A stretch of 64,000 bases of DNA from Sphaerodactylus townsendi (Eukaryota): contig NC_059439.1 in NCBI RefSeq assembly GCF_021028975.2, positions 23,374,001 to 23,438,000 on the forward strand. The letters run 5' to 3'. Both the position numbers and the translations under genes were made by a program. Below are positions 61,482 through 64,000 of this stretch, piece by piece. The notes beneath the pieces are model-generated. The model was not told the origin of the DNA, searched no databases, and saw nothing but the letters and a program-made list of their open reading frames with translations. Each line of letters begins with the position of its first letter. The stretch's first letter is position 1.

Positions 61482-62426
61482 ATGTGGAGAAATGAGACAA
61501 AGATAACCACATTCATCCTTCTGGGATTTGGAGACTTACATGAATTGCAAATACCACTGTTCCTGTTGTTTCTAGCAATCTACATTGTGGCAATCACTGG
61601 AAATATCCTCATATTTGTGCTTGTTATCTTTGATCAGCACCTTCACACTCCCATGTACTTCTTCCTGGGGAACCTATCCTTCTTAGAGGCTTGCTACACC
61701 TCCAATATATTCCCAAGATTACTTTTAGCTCTCCTGACTGGGGACAGAATGATTTCTGTCAACAGCTGCTTAGCACAGTGGTATCTCTGCAGTTCCTTGG
61801 TAGCTACTGAATGTTGCTTACTCTGTGGGATGTCTTATGACAGGTATTTGGCTATCTGCAAACCACTGCATTATGCAACCGTCATGAACATTCAGACTTG
61901 CATCCTCTTAAAAGTCGCATCCTGGATCAATGGATTTGCAGTTTTTTCTATATTACTCCTTTTGCTGTTGAAGTTACCATTTTGTGGCCCCAATGAAATA
62001 GACCATTATTTTTGTGACTACTTTGCCCTCCTAAAAAGTTCCTGCAGTGATGTTAGTTTCATGAAAATGTTGAGTTACTTTGTGGCAGCCATTTTCACAC
62101 TCCCTCCTTTTCTTCTCACGTTAGCATCTTATGTATACATTATAGCTGCCATCTTGAAAATTCCCTCCACTACTGGAAGGCAAAAGGCCTTCTCCACCTG
62201 CTCCTCTCATTTAATTGTGATTTCTGTTTTCTATGGGTCTCTAATGATTGTGTATATGTTTCCAAAGACTGAAGGAAAGCAAGATGTGGGCAAATTTTCC
62301 TCCCTCTTGTATATAGTGCTGCCCCCTTTGATCAATCCCTTCATCTACAGTCTGAGAAATAAGGAGGTCAAAGAGGCGTTACAAAATATGATTCGGAGGA
62401 TTGTGAACAGTAAACCTTACCCATAA
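61482..62426 (+). CDS. Olfactory receptor, OR11A-like, 314 aa; inverted paralog of 50724-51668
   Basis: Same motifs; about 34 amino-acid differences from its partner by manual count. Confidence 0.95.
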   Translation: MWRNETKITTFILLGFGDLHELQIPLFLLFLAIYIVAITGNILIFVLVIFDQHLHTPMYFFLGNLSFLEACYTSNIFPRLLLALLTGDRMISVNSCLAQWYLCSSLVATECCLLCGMSYDRYLAICKPLHYATVMNIQTCILLKVASWINGFAVFSILLLLLLKLPFCGPNEIDHYFCDYFALLKSSCSDVSFMKMLSYFVAAIFTLPPFLLTLASYVYIIAAILKIPSTTGRQKAFSTCSSHLIVISVFYGSLMIVYMFPKTEGKQDVGKFSSLLYIVLPPLINPFIYSLRNKEVKEALQNMIRRIVNSKPYP

Positions 62427-63754
62427 AGTTAGTGGAAAGGATCCATACATAGCAAATATTTCTCCTTAAACATTCTTTGTTTAAGAGGTCTTTTTGTAAA
62501 ATGCAGGGAAATCAAGTGAAGCCATATAGTGGATATGGGATGAATGAAGCCATTTTTTTTCATTCCATCTTACTCAAATCTCCTCTTTACTACAGCCCCC
62601 ATCTTATGTTAATGCTGTTCATGTTGATCCATGATCTCCAACATAAACTGTGTTGGATGTATAAAGGGATGGTGTTCCATTTTTCACCAGGAGAACAGCT
62701 ATTTCTGTCCAACCCAACATTTCCCTCATTATGCTTTTTTAAAAAAAGAAAAAAACCTTCCATGCTACATTTTTTCTAGGAAAAAAACACTTTTTAAACT
62801 TTCTTTTCTAAAAGCATTTGTTAACACAGCAAAGCAAAACCAAAATATTGTGTTCTAAAACATTCAATAAAATTCTGGGTCTTTTTCATTGACAGTGTGG
62901 TTTCAATACGTACATATGGGGGAATCTCACAGGGCTGAATAAACTACTGAATAAGTTTCTGAACAGATGTTCCTGCAGGATGATAAGATGTTGCATGGAA
63001 GGGCAAGTTTCAGTGAAATCCCAATCAGTTACACCCTTCTAATCCCACTGAACAAAATTGGTTTTGGTGGGTGTAACTCTACTTAGGGAGGCAGTGTTAT
63101 AAATACTCCTGGATAACAAGTAATTTTTGCCCACACAACAGGCCTGATGAGTTATTATTATTATTATTTTATTTATTAAATTTAATAGACCGCCCTACCC
63201 CCGAAGGGCTCAGGGAAAAAGGGGTGGGGAATCCTTTCAACTTCTATACATGGAGCATCGTGACTTGTCTTGTCTTGTCTGTTTTGGCCCTTTTTGAGCT
63301 TCTTCAAATTTCTTTTGAGCTTCTTGAACATTTTTCAGAATTTACCAGGTGTCTGCTTGTGGAAAACACCTAGGCTGATTATGCATGAAGTGTTTGCTGT
63401 GTGGTGGAAATGTCTGCTGAAGCAAGATTCCTTGTATGAATGTATCTCCTCTAGCCCTGCTTTCACTTTCCACTCTTTCTGTGGCAAGCAAATTCACTTA
63501 TAGCACAATTTAATTTTGCTTCATTGGCACAGCTTTGCCCCCAACCTTTTCCTTCCACCGTCAGCAACCCCACCTAGTCTTACCCCCCACTCTTTTGTAC
63601 TGCTTTGCATGGCTCTCCCTTACCCTACTCCCTGTTGCCAACTGTAGTAATGCACCGCTGACCCAGCAGCACCGTGGTCGAGCGCTGGAACACCTACGCT
63701 CCTACGGCCTTCTGGTCGCACCGCACCCCCACTCCTCATCCCCCTATGAGTCAC

Positions 63755-64000
63755 GGGTCATGAACTGTCTGGCTCAGTCACCGGGCGCAGGGACAATGGT
63801 CTTGCCCCCAGGTGAGGATTAGGCTCAGGCAGCTGCAGCTCCTCTCCGCCTGCGTAGCCAGGTGAGATCATGCATCACATGATGATCTCCCGACCTCCCG
63901 CTCTCCCGGAACTCCCTCCGTTCCTCCCTTCTACACGCCCCCGATAGAATCACAATAAAAGGTGCCAGGAACCAGCACGCGGGAGACTCGCTAGGAACAC
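63755..64000 (+). mobile_element. Possible LTR start (CpG-rich, runs off the window)
   Basis: Abrupt CpG enrichment and AATAAAA at ~63954; termini not established. Confidence 0.3.

Larger units (their letters stand above)
56774..63118 (+). repeat. Right arm of the inverted segmental duplication; starts inside the Helitron copy (56774-57064)
   Basis: Reverse complement of 49753-56147. Confidence 0.92.

Noticed and set aside
49753-63118. Palindrome as an assembly artefact
   Set aside because: The arms are clearly diverged and each carries private TE insertions with TSDs; no gaps lie inside the region

Overview
Vertebrate genomic DNA from a squamate reptile, most likely a gecko (inferred from Sauria/5S-Sauria and Squam-type SINEs, CR1, L2, Rex1, SPIN and Penelope relics). 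It is a draft assembly with five N gaps. The window is an olfactory receptor (OR) gene cluster: seven apparently intact single-exon class II OR ORFs, one full-length ORF with a doubtful start, one OR cut by an assembly gap and one short OR remnant, all in dense transposon debris. One gene is clearly OR5V1-like and four are OR11A-like, the pairing found in the mammalian MHC-linked OR cluster. Main structural observations: (1) a ~13.4-kb quasi-palindrome (49.75-63.12 kb) holding two divergent OR paralogs, with its inner junction inside a Helitron; (2) CpG-rich promoter/polyA modules that fit Ngaro/DIRS-type split-direct-repeat retroelements, seen as solo A-B units, a B-A-B right end next to a gap, and an A-only fragment inside a 20-bp duplication; (3) a 3'-truncated, tailless 7SK retrocopy with a 13-bp TSD; (4) a direct segmental duplication predicting an OR hidden in the 46.3-kb gap; (5) Harbinger-like MITEs whose filled and empty sites can be compared within the window. 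I found no new protein-coding system. The novelty candidates concern genome architecture and mobile-element mechanism. All identity values are by-eye estimates.
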